This document shows, piece after piece, positions 63,989 to 64,000 of a stretch of 64,000 nt of DNA. The translations under genes were made by a program, and so were the position numbers. A model generated the notes under the pieces. The model saw nothing but the letters and a program-made list of their open reading frames with translations. It ran no database searches and had not been told where the DNA came from. The stretch is taken from positions 8,394 through 72,393 of the forward strand of contig CAVIUA010000024.1 in NCBI GenBank assembly GCA_963645945.1. The letters are read 5' to 3'. The DNA is from a bacterium (GTDB lineage Bacteria > Bacillota_I > Bacilli_A > RF39 > UBA660). Each line of letters opens with the position of its first letter. Position 1 is the stretch's first letter.

Positions 63989-64000
63989 TTTTAAAAATAT

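Overview
This is an AT-rich window (roughly 30% GC by eye) that uses the standard bacterial code: TGA acts as a stop and Trp is TGG. It is almost entirely + strand, with about 50 + strand genes and 4 - strand genes. Gene content and order look like a low-GC Bacillota chromosome, possibly Erysipelotrichales-like or a related Bacilli lineage. All homology calls below come from motifs I recognised by eye; no database search was run.

Housekeeping backbone:
- rplU-prp-rpmA-obg, yebC, ruvA-ruvB-queA-tgt
- a B. subtilis-type dnaB
- a CBS-domain family II pyrophosphatase, uppP and a ZIP transporter
- mtaB-recD2, parE-parC and ylbD-ylbE-ylbF-like-rsmD

Accessory or unusual content:
1. Giant secreted or surface proteins sit at both ends of the window. 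They include a VWA protein with an intact MIDAS motif, and a protein with a prepilin-like N-terminus followed by an ALK-type glycine-rich domain, a discoidin domain and a ricin lectin domain. A PilC/PilD pair elsewhere in the window has no adjacent ATPase or pilin gene.
2. A self-contained three-gene operon (5208-9955) encodes an Fe-S DinG/XPD-like helicase, an acidic protein whose C-terminus looks like a RelE/HigB (Gp49-like) toxin fold, and a 578-aa helical protein with no recognisable motif.
3. An island of about 8.9 kb (41322-50306) is bounded by nearly identical 85-bp direct repeats of a terminator/promoter cassette. It has no recombinase. It carries a transglutaminase-like Cys-His-Asp protein, a second HelD-type helicase and a four-gene operon with two histidine-phosphatase modules and three glycosyltransferase modules.
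4. A region at 28.9-36.5 kb holds two damaged CYTH genes, a Tmk-like kinase that lacks the Walker-A lysine, and a pair of uncharacterised paralogues flanking the second CYTH gene.

I saw no rRNA, tRNA, CRISPR array, transposase or integrase. Several frameshifts and repeat differences fall in homopolymer runs, so assembly error has to be excluded before they are read as biology.
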